A DNA stretch of 64,000 bases, taken from positions 155,445-219,444 of the IMG/VR virus record IMGVR_UViG_3300024503_000485; one strand, 5' to 3'. The notes below the pieces were generated by a model, which was given only the letters and a program-made list of their open reading frames with translations, was not told the origin of the DNA and made no database searches. Positions 19,846 to 29,615 of this stretch are shown here, piece by piece. Numbering within the stretch: the stretch's first letter is position 1; every line of letters starts with the position of its first letter. The translations under genes were made by a program, and so were the position numbers.

Positions 19846-21253
19846 TAGAAATATAAAAGGTAATGAACTTAGAAAGATTGATGGAAAATATCAGTCTCGA
19901 TATCTATTAGATGCAGAATTTGTTCATAAGGAATTAAACGAAGTAAGTCCAAGTTTTTGTTTGGCCAAATGGTTTAATGTTAGTATACACATTCCGTCTG
20001 GAAGAACACATAGTTGTTATCATCCTAGAAGTCATGCAATTCCATTAGATGAAGTAAAGATCGATGTTAGTGCATTGCATAATACAAAATATAAAAAATC
20101 TCAACGTGCATTGATGTTACAGGGTATACGACCTAAAGAATGCGAATTTTGTTGGCAAATTGAAGATAGCGGAAACCAACTAAGCGATCGAGCATATCGA
20201 AGCAAAGATGTATGGGAACCAGGGTTAATTGATGAAGCATTAGAGCTTGGTTACGAGGGAAATGCTAAACCAAGATATGTTGAAGTAAATTTTAATCAAG
20301 CATGTAATTTTAAATGTAGTTATTGTAGCCCTCATCTTAGCACAGCATGGTATGATGAAATTAAAAAAGAAGGCCCGTACCTTTTAACTGACCGTGTGCA
20401 TAATGATATTCTATGGATTCAAAACGAATCACCAATCGACAATAGTCCTGAAAATCCTTATGTAAAAGCATTCTGGGAATGGCTTCCAGAAATTTATCCA
20501 ACCTTACAAACATTCCGCATGACTGGCGGAGAACCGCTTATGGATAAAAATACCTTTAGGATGTTTGAATATGTAAAAAATAATCCTAAAAGTGATCTTC
20601 ATTTAAGTATTACAAGTAATTGCTGTCCTCCAAAAGACCAATGGTCAAAATTTATGTCTAGTTTAAAAGAAATTACAGATGCAGAGGCTGTTGATCATTT
20701 TATGTTATTTTGTAGTTTAGATAGTTGGGGTAAGCAAGCAGAATATATACGTAATGGAATGGATTTTGAAATGTTAAAGGCAAACGTCACTGACTATCTT
20801 GCAAATAGTCAGAAACATTCACTTACTTTTATCATAACATTTAATGCTTTGAGTTATACTCGTATTGTTGAATATTTGCAGAACATTATTAAATTGAGAA
20901 GAAAATTTAGTAAACGTAGACAACTAATTTGGTTTGATATCCCTCCGCTCCATGATCCAGATTTTTTAAATCCCAAAGTAATGCCAGAAATGGTAACAGA
21001 ACTTAAATTGGCATTAAAATATATGTTAGAAAATAAAGAAGGTCGTGGTAATCAGTTTATGGGATTTAGCGACTTTGAAGTGAGTAAAGTTCGAAGATTA
21101 ATTGATTGGATTGAATCAGATACAGGATTTGACAAAGATAAAGCTATGAAAAATTTTTATGAATTTTTCTCAGAACACGATAGAAGACGAAATACAAATT
21201 TTTTAAATACATTTCCTGAACTAACAGATTTTTGGAATAGGTGTAAAGAATAA
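19835..21253 (+). CDS. Radical SAM protein with N-terminal Cys-rich (twitch/SPASM-like) domain
   Basis: CNFKCSYC, TGGEP; N-terminal C..SCYH..CEFC. Confidence 0.9.
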   Translation: MEFNRNIKGNELRKIDGKYQSRYLLDAEFVHKELNEVSPSFCLAKWFNVSIHIPSGRTHSCYHPRSHAIPLDEVKIDVSALHNTKYKKSQRALMLQGIRPKECEFCWQIEDSGNQLSDRAYRSKDVWEPGLIDEALELGYEGNAKPRYVEVNFNQACNFKCSYCSPHLSTAWYDEIKKEGPYLLTDRVHNDILWIQNESPIDNSPENPYVKAFWEWLPEIYPTLQTFRMTGGEPLMDKNTFRMFEYVKNNPKSDLHLSITSNCCPPKDQWSKFMSSLKEITDAEAVDHFMLFCSLDSWGKQAEYIRNGMDFEMLKANVTDYLANSQKHSLTFIITFNALSYTRIVEYLQNIIKLRRKFSKRRQLIWFDIPPLHDPDFLNPKVMPEMVTELKLALKYMLENKEGRGNQFMGFSDFEVSKVRRLIDWIESDTGFDKDKAMKNFYEFFSEHDRRRNTNFLNTFPELTDFWNRCKE

Positions 21254-22620
21254 TGGATGATAGAGTAAATTATATTAAAGGTGTTAGAGATCGTTTAAAC
21301 AAAATAGGTCCAGGTTTTTGTGCAATGAAATGGTTGCATCAAACTTTGTATCTTCACACCGGTGATAACCATAGTTGTTACCATCCTCGTCCTCATCACA
21401 TTCCATTAGATGAAATTAAAATAGATGCAAGTGCTTTACACAATACTAAATGGAAAAAACAACAACGTAAAAAAATGTTAGAAGGTGAAAGACCAGAAGA
21501 ATGTTATTATTGTTGGAATATTGAAGACTTGCCGGGAGAGCATATAAGTGATCGAATGATTCATAGTTCTAGCGATTTTTCAGAACCTTACATAGAAAAA
21601 TTAGCAGAATTACCATGGGACGCTCCGGTAAACCCACGCTATCTAGAAGTAAGTTTTGGTAACGGATGCAACTATCGCTGTGGTTATTGTTGCCCACAGG
21701 CTAGTACTATGTGGATGGAAGAGATCAAGAAACACGGTAATTATGATTTAACTTATAATCAATATGGTATTGAGTTTTTAAAAAATGGAACATATTATGG
21801 GCCTAAAGATGAAAACCCTTACATCGAAGCATTCTGGAAGTGGTGGCCAAGTTTACGTAATGATTTACATACTTTACGTATTACAGGCGGTGAACCATTA
21901 ATGAATCCTGGTGCTATGCAGTTTTTTGATTTACTAGAAGATGAGCCAGCTCCCCATTTAGAGATTACACTTAATAGTAATCTTGGAGTAACTTTTGATC
22001 GAGTTGATCGATTAATAGCTCGAGTAAAAAGTTTAATAGAACAGAAAAAAATTAGAAAGTTTAGTTTCTTTACTAGCATTGATAGCTGGGGAGAACAAGC
22101 AGAATATATGCGTACAGGATTAAAATGTGATCACTGGGAACGCAATATGAAAGAAGTAATTAAAGCCGGTGCAACGGTAAATCTAATGTGTACTTATAAC
22201 GTATTATGTGTAACTAATTTTCAAAAGTTATTACACAAAGTTATCGAATGGAGAAAAGAATACGGCAAGGAAGCTGTATCTTTTGATACACCATATTTAA
22301 AAGAACCGCCACACTGGATGATTAATATTTTGCCTGAAGAATTTATTAAACATCAAGAAGACACTTTAAAATTTATTGAAGATAATATGGATTGGTTTAC
22401 AGGCGTCGAATACGAAAAGTTTAAACGTGTAACAGATTACATGAAAGAAAATCCAGTTAGCGATTTAAAAATTCTTCAAGGAAGAAGAGATTTTTATAGT
22501 TTCTTTTCTGAAAATGATAGAAGATTAGGAACTAATTTATTAGAGGTTTTTCCAGAGTATAGTAACTTTTATAACTTATGTAAAAACATTTACGAAAATT
22601 ATGATAACAGAAACAAATAA
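21253..22620 (+). CDS. Radical SAM protein, close paralog of the preceding gene
   Basis: CNYRCGYC, TGGEP; N-terminal C..SCYH..CYYC; shared IPLDE.KID.SALHNTK and QAEY.R.G. Confidence 0.9.
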   Translation: MDDRVNYIKGVRDRLNKIGPGFCAMKWLHQTLYLHTGDNHSCYHPRPHHIPLDEIKIDASALHNTKWKKQQRKKMLEGERPEECYYCWNIEDLPGEHISDRMIHSSSDFSEPYIEKLAELPWDAPVNPRYLEVSFGNGCNYRCGYCCPQASTMWMEEIKKHGNYDLTYNQYGIEFLKNGTYYGPKDENPYIEAFWKWWPSLRNDLHTLRITGGEPLMNPGAMQFFDLLEDEPAPHLEITLNSNLGVTFDRVDRLIARVKSLIEQKKIRKFSFFTSIDSWGEQAEYMRTGLKCDHWERNMKEVIKAGATVNLMCTYNVLCVTNFQKLLHKVIEWRKEYGKEAVSFDTPYLKEPPHWMINILPEEFIKHQEDTLKFIEDNMDWFTGVEYEKFKRVTDYMKENPVSDLKILQGRRDFYSFFSENDRRLGTNLLEVFPEYSNFYNLCKNIYENYDNRNK

Positions 22621-23824
22621 AAATTCTTGGTGTGTTAATGCGTTCCATGGAATGAGCGCAAATAACAACGGAAGTTCTAAAATGTGTTGTATGATTATTG
22701 AAGAATACAACAGAATGAAAGAATTACAACCAATTTATTTTGTAGACAAAATGTCTATCGAACAAAATTTTAATAATCCTGTAGCAATACAAATTCGAAA
22801 AGATTTAGAAAACGGAATAAGAAATTATGCCTGCAAAAATTGTTGGGAAGAAGAAAATGCTGGACGTAAAAGTAAGCGTCTTCGAGATAATGAAATATAT
22901 TTTAGATCGATAGAAAGGGGAGAAAAACCATTTACCGGTCTTGCTAAGTTTGAATTAAATCTAGGAAATAATTGTAACATAAAGTGTAGAACCTGTGCTC
23001 CTCAGATTAGTTCAACATGGATGAAAGAAGATTACGATCTGCATCATTCAAAAATTTCTTATAAAGAATATGCAGAAATGATGAGAGTGTTTCATCAGAG
23101 CTACGACGACGAAAGTGTTTTCTGGGAAGATTTAAAAAATAATTTAGTCAATATTAGACAATTTGATTTTTATGGCGGCGAACCGTTTTTAAGTAAAAAG
23201 ATGTGGGAAATTCTAAGTATATGTGTTGACAAAGGATATGCTAAAGATATTGAATTGCATTATAATACTAACGGTACAACTTGGCCAGAAGATAAAATTT
23301 CTATGTTTAAACATTTTAAAGGTGTTAATTTATCTTTTAGTATTGACGGTATAGAAGAACAATTTGAATATATGAGATTTCCAGCAAAATGGAATGAAGT
23401 ATTAGAAAATATGAATAAGGCAAAAGAGCTTGCTAATAGTTTAAAAACTCTTAAAATTAGTTGGTGCATTACTTTAAGTACACTGAACATATATGACTTA
23501 CCTAAAACAATAAATTTTTATTACGATCATTTTTCTAGTTTTGGTTTTTATCTAAATTTAGTTCACGGACCCCGACATTATAATATTTCAACTCTCCCAA
23601 CAGATATTAAAGAAAAAATTATTCAACATATTAATGATGTTGTGCCTAAGACGCAGAATCAAGCATGGATGTATCTAGATGGCATTTTAAATTTTATAAA
23701 AAACGGACACTACGAGCCTTCAAGTTTTACTTCTCTAAAGGAAGTAACAAAAAAACACGATCAATATCGAGGACAAGAATTTAATAAAGTTTTTCCTGAC
23801 TATTCAAAAATTATAGGTATGTAA
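22601..23824 (+). CDS. Radical SAM protein with N-terminal Cys-rich domain
   Basis: CNIKCRTC, YGGEP, YNTNGT, SIDG; N-terminal C..MCC..CKNC. Confidence 0.9.
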   Translation: MITETNKNSWCVNAFHGMSANNNGSSKMCCMIIEEYNRMKELQPIYFVDKMSIEQNFNNPVAIQIRKDLENGIRNYACKNCWEEENAGRKSKRLRDNEIYFRSIERGEKPFTGLAKFELNLGNNCNIKCRTCAPQISSTWMKEDYDLHHSKISYKEYAEMMRVFHQSYDDESVFWEDLKNNLVNIRQFDFYGGEPFLSKKMWEILSICVDKGYAKDIELHYNTNGTTWPEDKISMFKHFKGVNLSFSIDGIEEQFEYMRFPAKWNEVLENMNKAKELANSLKTLKISWCITLSTLNIYDLPKTINFYYDHFSSFGFYLNLVHGPRHYNISTLPTDIKEKIIQHINDVVPKTQNQAWMYLDGILNFIKNGHYEPSSFTSLKEVTKKHDQYRGQEFNKVFPDYSKIIGM

Positions 23825-23826
23825 AA

Positions 23827-25092
23827 ATGAGTTTTTGGAATTTTAATGAATTAATACAAGTACATATTGAACTTACAAATCATTGTAATGCTGCTTGTCC
23901 TATGTGCGTAAGATTTTATAATTCTTCAGAGTTAATTAGACCAGATTTAAATTTAAGTCAAATTTCTTTAGAAGATTTTAAAAAATGGTTCCCTCAAGAA
24001 GTATTAGATAGAGTTAAACTTTGGTTATTCTGTGGCGTTCATGGAGATCCGTGTATGGCTAAAGATTTTTATGAAATATGCGAGTACATCATTAATAATA
24101 GTCCTGGGGTCATAGCTGTGCATACAAATGGCGGCATGAGAAATCCTGAATGGTGGGCAAAATTAGGTAATCTTTTTGCAAAAGGAAAAGCATCAAATCA
24201 ATATAGGCTTACTTTTTCCATTGACGGGTTAGAAGATACAAATCACATTTATCGAAGAAACGTTAAATGGGATAAACTTATAGCAAATGCACAAGCATTT
24301 ATTGATGCGGGTGGGAGAGCTCTTTGGGACTTTTTAATTTTTAAACACAACGAGCATCAACTAGATACTGCAAAAAAATTATCTGAGGATATGGGATTTA
24401 CTGAATTTGTTCCTAAAAAAGCATTAGGCGTTGATAATGGAACAGAATTAATATATATGGTAGCTCTTAATAAAGAAGGACAATTAGATTACTATATTGA
24501 AGCTCCTACAAATCCCAAAAATAGAAATTTAGAAAATCCAACAGGAATCCAACCTTTAAAATTTTATCCTTTTTCAAAAGATGATTATAATAAGATGAAA
24601 GAAAATTCAGAATTTAAAAATTCTTATTATAAAAGAACAGAAGAAATTGTTGATATAATAGCAAGTTCTAAATATGACGAACACGACTCGTGTAATATTA
24701 AGTGTAAATCGCATATTGATGATGGGTATAAACGTGGAAAAGAAATTTTTGTCGATAGTGCTGGTAACGTTATGCCTTGTTGTTATATTGGAACACATTT
24801 AAATGGAATTTATTCTGATCCTCCAAGTATGCAACTTGTTCGTAATTTAAATAATTATGGACCAGAAAAACTTAATTTAAATAACCATTCTTTAGAAGAA
24901 ATTTTATCAGCGGAGCATTTAGATAGATTATATGCAGACACATGGGATAAAACAACAAAAGAAGGAAAACTTGTTTATTGTTCTAAAACCTGCGGAACAT
25001 TTTCATCTATAGATAAAATTTTTACACATGAAATTGTTTTAAAAAATAGAAAAAAAAGATATTTAGAATCACAAAAACCAAATGAAAGTTGA
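23827..25092 (+). CDS. Radical SAM protein with C-terminal twitch/SPASM domain
   Basis: CNAACPMC, CGVHGDP, HTNGG, FSIDG; C-terminal IKC..GNVMPCC..CSKTC. Confidence 0.9.
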   Translation: MSFWNFNELIQVHIELTNHCNAACPMCVRFYNSSELIRPDLNLSQISLEDFKKWFPQEVLDRVKLWLFCGVHGDPCMAKDFYEICEYIINNSPGVIAVHTNGGMRNPEWWAKLGNLFAKGKASNQYRLTFSIDGLEDTNHIYRRNVKWDKLIANAQAFIDAGGRALWDFLIFKHNEHQLDTAKKLSEDMGFTEFVPKKALGVDNGTELIYMVALNKEGQLDYYIEAPTNPKNRNLENPTGIQPLKFYPFSKDDYNKMKENSEFKNSYYKRTEEIVDIIASSKYDEHDSCNIKCKSHIDDGYKRGKEIFVDSAGNVMPCCYIGTHLNGIYSDPPSMQLVRNLNNYGPEKLNLNNHSLEEILSAEHLDRLYADTWDKTTKEGKLVYCSKTCGTFSSIDKIFTHEIVLKNRKKRYLESQKPNES

Positions 25093-26653
25093 TGTATTAT
25101 ACTCCGGACAATTAAGATATGCTGAGGCATGTTCTCGACAAAAAGAATTTTTTAAAAATACTGAGTGTCGAAATGTTTTTAGTTTATTAGACATCGTACA
25201 AGATTCTCATGCAAAAATGGCATTACGATCTTCCTACATGTTTGATGCTGACAAAGATTTTCGATATGCTTTAAATTATATTACAGAACAATTGAATCCA
25301 GAGGTCACTGCTGTATATTCAAAATATCAAATTTCTGAATGGTTTCAAAATGCATATGGGGAAATAGATACCTATAAAGTCTATTATATTCAACACTTAT
25401 ATACATTCATCGAAGGATTAAAACAAACTAAAAATGATGTTGTTGTTTCAATAACAACAGATTTAATATTAGAAGGAGATTTAAATTCTTTTCTTATTGG
25501 AGTAGATTTAGAAACTCCTCAGGTTTATTGTCATTATAAAAATTTATTAATTCCGCATGTTATTATTTTAAACAATAAGGCAAGAGAAATAATTCTTAAT
25601 AAAAGCAGTGAGTTTTTATCTACATTTTTTACAACAAATCCTCCAGAAACTTGGTTCAAGGCTGAAACACTTTGGGAAAAACTTTTTGAATATTGTGGAA
25701 TAAAAATTAAAATATTAAAGACAATACATCAATGTAAGGTAAGACCCACAATGGTTATTACAGATTTAAAAAAATCTATTAATCAATTGAGTATTATGTT
25801 TGAAAATTGGAGAAAGTATAAAGATACCGCAAGTAAACAATCTAAATTTAAATTTGATAAAAAATTAATATCAAGGATTGTTGCTTATGGATGTAGTTAT
25901 ACAGCAGGAGATGAATTTTTAGATACTTTATATCGAGCCGATGCGGAAGAAATTAAAAAACGAAACATTAGAGAATGGTTTGATCTTAAAGTTAATTTTG
26001 ATAAAAATTTAATTGCAACCATTAATGAAAAACAAAGAAATATGGCTTGGCCTGCAATCTTAGCAAATAGATTATCGATGTTAATTGATAATAGAGCTAA
26101 AGCAGGAAATTCATTAGCAAATATAGTTTGGCAAATTGAAAAAGATTTTGCCAACGGAGATATTACTGAAAAAGATTTAATAATTGTTGGATTAACATCA
26201 TACGAAAGAAATATATATTTTTCACATAAAGAACCAGTTTCGGTTCTGATGCATATGAGAGAAAATTTTCCAAAACAATTTCAAAAGTATCAAGGACCAA
26301 TTGCGGATTTTAATAATTCTATGTTTATGTATTATTTTTATTACTTGTGTCTTTCACGACTAATACAATTATCATCAAACCATTTAAAAGGAAGATTGTT
26401 AATTGTTCCGTGTATTAACGACGACAATTATAAAAATTTTGATCCTGTGTTAGAAAAATACTTTCAAACAGATATTTTAAATTTTAGAGATGAATGTTTA
26501 AACAGCGAGTATTTTATTACTGATAAAAATCTTTATGATTTTGTTGAACTGCAAGAGGATGATATTCATGCTGGTGGCCATCCAAAACAAATCGTGCATG
26601 AAAGATTTGTTGACCACTTACTAGAGATTTTTCCAACTAAAGAAATTTCTTAG
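25082..26653 (+). CDS. Two-domain protein: GT-like N-terminal region plus C-terminal SGNH/GDSL-like domain
   Basis: N-terminal VLYSGQLR; C-terminal AYGCSYT..WP..NRAKAGNS..GGHP. Confidence 0.55.
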   Translation: MKVDVLYSGQLRYAEACSRQKEFFKNTECRNVFSLLDIVQDSHAKMALRSSYMFDADKDFRYALNYITEQLNPEVTAVYSKYQISEWFQNAYGEIDTYKVYYIQHLYTFIEGLKQTKNDVVVSITTDLILEGDLNSFLIGVDLETPQVYCHYKNLLIPHVIILNNKAREIILNKSSEFLSTFFTTNPPETWFKAETLWEKLFEYCGIKIKILKTIHQCKVRPTMVITDLKKSINQLSIMFENWRKYKDTASKQSKFKFDKKLISRIVAYGCSYTAGDEFLDTLYRADAEEIKKRNIREWFDLKVNFDKNLIATINEKQRNMAWPAILANRLSMLIDNRAKAGNSLANIVWQIEKDFANGDITEKDLIIVGLTSYERNIYFSHKEPVSVLMHMRENFPKQFQKYQGPIADFNNSMFMYYFYYLCLSRLIQLSSNHLKGRLLIVPCINDDNYKNFDPVLEKYFQTDILNFRDECLNSEYFITDKNLYDFVELQEDDIHAGGHPKQIVHERFVDHLLEIFPTKEIS

Positions 26654-26942
26654 TTTCGTCTGAAATGTCTTGTTTAAGACGTTCTACATCAACTTCAAAA
26701 TCTATTTTTTTAATAGTGTCGTGATATTCTTGCATTGTTTCTAATAGCTTATCGGCAACTTCTTCTGCATCAGAAACAGACAATAACTCTGCAACTTCTA
26801 TTTTCCAAACTCTGCCATTATCAAATTCTAATTTAATAGCATTAAGATAAGCGACCGGCATGGTGTTCATATACATATCCTCGAACACCTCCGGCCACTC
26901 TTTGATTAGATGCTTTGGTGGTTTAAAGAGACGCTTAGGCAC
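26637..26942 (-). CDS. Hypothetical protein
   Basis: 101-aa ORF; converges with and overlaps the + strand operon end. Confidence 0.65.
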   Translation of the reverse strand: MPKRLFKPPKHLIKEWPEVFEDMYMNTMPVAYLNAIKLEFDNGRVWKIEVAELLSVSDAEEVADKLLETMQEYHDTIKKIDFEVDVERLKQDISDETKKFL

Positions 26943-27585
26943 TTGCTTCTTCTTTAGCCTTAGTAGTCTTTTTAACTGGTGGATCTAATTCATCTGCTTG
27001 TTTACGTAGTCTTGCAGCTTCTTTATACATAGCATCTGCTTGACTGCGATAACTTTTAGCAAGGTCTTTATCAGTTAATGCTTCTGTAGTTGATGCTTGT
27101 GCTCTTACTGGAGCAGGAACATCTGGATCTACATTAGGAACAGCTTCTGATTTTTGTTGTTTCTTTTTAAAATCTTGATCTCTTGCTGGTGCGCCGGAAA
27201 CAAGATTTGATAATTCGTCAACGGTGCAATTTTTTTGTTCTGCGATAAGAACATTTAATTCAGACAACACAATATTGGTGCTAGACGTTGGAGTCATAAT
27301 AACCATATCAGTTGCAACTTTTTGTAATCTTCCGTCTGCTTGCATAGCTTGAAGCATAGGACGACCATCTGGAAACAATCGAGTATGCATGATTTCGCCA
27401 AACTCATTTACCTCTTGCCCCTGGTCGCTTTCAAGCAATCCCATCAGAGCATCGTGATAGGAATCAGTTAAGTTTGCTGTTCCTACTACAAGAGCTGATC
27501 CTGAATCGCCCGGTATTGTTCTAAATACGGTGATTACTTTCGCTCCAGTATTTTTCATTCTTCCGATGTGCTTGATTTGTCTCAT
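26935..27585 (-). CDS. Hypothetical protein
   Basis: 216-aa ORF, AAGGA RBS. Confidence 0.7.
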   Translation of the reverse strand: MRQIKHIGRMKNTGAKVITVFRTIPGDSGSALVVGTANLTDSYHDALMGLLESDQGQEVNEFGEIMHTRLFPDGRPMLQAMQADGRLQKVATDMVIMTPTSSTNIVLSELNVLIAEQKNCTVDELSNLVSGAPARDQDFKKKQQKSEAVPNVDPDVPAPVRAQASTTEALTDKDLAKSYRSQADAMYKEAARLRKQADELDPPVKKTTKAKEEASA

Positions 27586-27587
27586 GA

Positions 27588-27818
27588 TTATTGTTCCTTT
27601 TTGCTAACAGAATCTAAAAATGTTGAAAGTCTATTATAAACTTTACCAACTGCTTCTAGTTCGTTTGCTTTAAATGCTCCACGTTGGCTAGCAACGTCGA
27701 TAATGCTTTTTAGTGCTGTAAGGTCACTAACGTTTAAATCTGCAGAGTTTGCGGCCGGAGCTTCTGGAGCAGAAGCAGCTGGAGCAGTAGTTTGCAAATC
27801 TTTGTTTTCTTCAGTCAT
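27588..27818 (-). CDS. Hypothetical protein
   Basis: 76-aa ORF, AAGGAG RBS. Confidence 0.7.
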   Translation of the reverse strand: MTEENKDLQTTAPAASAPEAPAANSADLNVSDLTALKSIIDVASQRGAFKANELEAVGKVYNRLSTFLDSVSKKEQ

Positions 27819-27820
27819 TG

Positions 27821-28090
27821 TTATCTCCTTAATTTTGTACAGGCTAATGCAAAGAATGTCATTTCTTTTTCATCTTCAAATCCAACATACGTTGAAGTTT
27901 TTAGATTTCCGTTCTCATCAAAAGACGGTATTTGTTTAATACAATATCTTCCTTTTAATTTAGAACGAATCCAATCATCTAATTCGTTATTATAAACATC
28001 TCTTTCGCTTAATTTCATTTTTAAAAAATGTGGCGGAATCCTAGTAAGTTTTCTAGTGTTCAAAACGTCTAACGGATTAAGATCATTCAT
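27821..28090 (-). CDS. Hypothetical protein
   Basis: 89-aa ORF directly downstream of tandem promoters. Confidence 0.65.
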   Translation of the reverse strand: MNDLNPLDVLNTRKLTRIPPHFLKMKLSERDVYNNELDDWIRSKLKGRYCIKQIPSFDENGNLKTSTYVGFEDEKEMTFFALACTKLRR

Positions 28091-28096
28091 ACGTGA

Positions 28097-28104
28097 TATT
28101 TATA
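28097..28104 (-). promoter_or_regulatory. T4-type late promoter TATAAATA
   Basis: Exact T4 gp55 late consensus, intergenic. Confidence 0.7.
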
Positions 28105-28119
28105 GTAGTAGTTTATAAT

Positions 28120-28148
28120 ATTATACAGAATTGAAATGAAAATTTCAA
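28120..28148 (-). promoter_or_regulatory. Sigma70-type promoter TTGAAA-N17-TATAAT
   Basis: -35 at 28143-28148, -10 at 28120-28125, with TG just upstream of the -10. Confidence 0.7.
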
Positions 28149-28537
28149 TCTGCGTTTAATCGTTTGCTCATAGCTTTTGAATATCCCATTTTCATAACAT
28201 CGCCGGAAAATAGATAAAGTTCAAATGCTGCTTTTTCGGATAACACCGATAACGTATGTTTTTCAAGATACCACGGGGCATGAATAAAGTTATCTAACCA
28301 AACTAGTATTTGGGGTGTTATTTTAATTTCTTTGGGAATTTTTATACTATAGGTCTTTATGTCTGCTTCTTCTTGAATAAATCTAAGACCTTCTTCTGTG
28401 AGGCGTAGTCCGCCTTCGTTTTTTGTGCGCAAGTTGTACCACCAACTTGTTTTTAATTGATCAAATGTGCGGTCGTCTACTTCTTTATTTGCCGCTTTCA
28501 AGAACACCGCAGTATAGGTATTCTTGGTATAAGTCAT
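28145..28537 (-). CDS. Hypothetical protein
   Basis: 130-aa ORF overlapping the upstream gene. Confidence 0.65.
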   Translation of the reverse strand: MTYTKNTYTAVFLKAANKEVDDRTFDQLKTSWWYNLRTKNEGGLRLTEEGLRFIQEEADIKTYSIKIPKEIKITPQILVWLDNFIHAPWYLEKHTLSVLSEKAAFELYLFSGDVMKMGYSKAMSKRLNAD

Positions 28538-28818
28538 TTTATCGGTTCACCTTGTGTTAATTTATATACTGCAAAATCTGTTGTTTTAAAAAGTTTGTTT
28601 AATTTTTTTGCTAGATTGTGTGCATGGCCTGGATTTGAAAAACTAACCTTTTTGTATTTTGGTCCAGGATAGCTAGCCAACAGGCTTCCGCTCTTTAAAT
28701 TAAAAGGCTGGCCTTTGTAGAATACTGCCCATATAGCTTCACTTTCAAGAATCTGTTCAACCTTGTAGTTTTCTTTATTGGCATATTCGAGTATTATCTT
28801 CGGTTTTGGTCTACTCAT
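28534..28818 (-). CDS. Hypothetical protein (basic)
   Basis: 94-aa ORF with AGGAA RBS. Confidence 0.7.
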   Translation of the reverse strand: MSRPKPKIILEYANKENYKVEQILESEAIWAVFYKGQPFNLKSGSLLASYPGPKYKKVSFSNPGHAHNLAKKLNKLFKTTDFAVYKLTQGEPIK

Positions 28819-28856
28819 TATATACGTGTTCCTAATTAACCACGTATATATTTATC
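28819..28856 (-). promoter_or_regulatory. RBS-enclosing hairpin with overlapping late promoter
   Basis: Perfect 10-bp inverted repeat TATATACGTG/CACGTATATA (28819-28828 and 28841-28850); the 12-nt loop holds AGGAA; GATAAATA at 28849-28856. Confidence 0.7.
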
Positions 28857-28860
28857 ACCT

Positions 28861-29109
28861 TTAGAACGTTCCGCCGTCAAACTTTACATCGATTTGAGTG
28901 GTTGATTCTTTAATTTCTTTCAATAAATCGCGAATTTCGGCAACCGTAGAACCTAATTTAGTCGTTATAATAGCTAGTTCTTGTACTAGCTCTTTTCCTT
29001 CTTGAATAGATATACGTATATCTTTCTGTTGACTTTTTTCTGCTACATTTAATCGTTGAATAAGCCTTTCAACACTAGGTAATTTATCTGGTATATTATT
29101 TGCTGACAT
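28861..29109 (-). CDS. Hypothetical coiled-coil protein
   Basis: 82-aa ORF. Confidence 0.6.
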   Translation of the reverse strand: MSANNIPDKLPSVERLIQRLNVAEKSQQKDIRISIQEGKELVQELAIITTKLGSTVAEIRDLLKEIKESTTQIDVKFDGGTF

Positions 29110-29572
29110 TTGATAATACCTGTTTCATTTCCATTTCTGTTTTAAATGGACCTTTAAAATCATATCTTTGTAAAGTAATCATTTTTGGACAAAATGATTT
29201 TACCCAACCTTTATCGAAACGGATGACATAGTATCCGGCACAATATAAACTTTTACTATCTTTACTTTTTGTGAACAACGGTAGTTTACGTTTGATGTCG
29301 AACATAGCATTATGAGGTTCAACACTAGTTGAATAGCCATGAACTTCATTTGGTAATGAACCATTGGCTTCTTTAACAATTTTAGCAACAAAGAAATCTT
29401 TGCCAAATTGTTTCGTCAGGCTTTCTTTATTATCATAAATTTTAATACCTGTTTCATTACTAAGTACAAATCGCTCGTCTTCAATCTTTCGAAGAGTTGC
29501 AAATTTTTCTCCGTCCTTTTCAACAATCCAAAATTTATCTTTAATGATTGGTTTAGCGTGTATCTCTGTCAT
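29096..29572 (-). CDS. Hypothetical protein
   Basis: Start placed at MTEIHAK, which has a GGGAG RBS; the track start at 29659 overlaps the upstream gene. Confidence 0.65.
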   Translation of the reverse strand: MTEIHAKPIIKDKFWIVEKDGEKFATLRKIEDERFVLSNETGIKIYDNKESLTKQFGKDFFVAKIVKEANGSLPNEVHGYSTSVEPHNAMFDIKRKLPLFTKSKDSKSLYCAGYYVIRFDKGWVKSFCPKMITLQRYDFKGPFKTEMEMKQVLSNVSK

Positions 29573-29615
29573 GTGATTCTCCCAACATGTTGCTGACTTG
29601 TTTTCACAAGTATTT

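Noticed and set aside
19835-25092. RiPP biosynthetic cluster interpretation of the radical SAM genes
   Set aside because: There is no adjacent precursor peptide, RRE/PqqD domain, protease or transporter, and the neighbours are glycosyltransferases.
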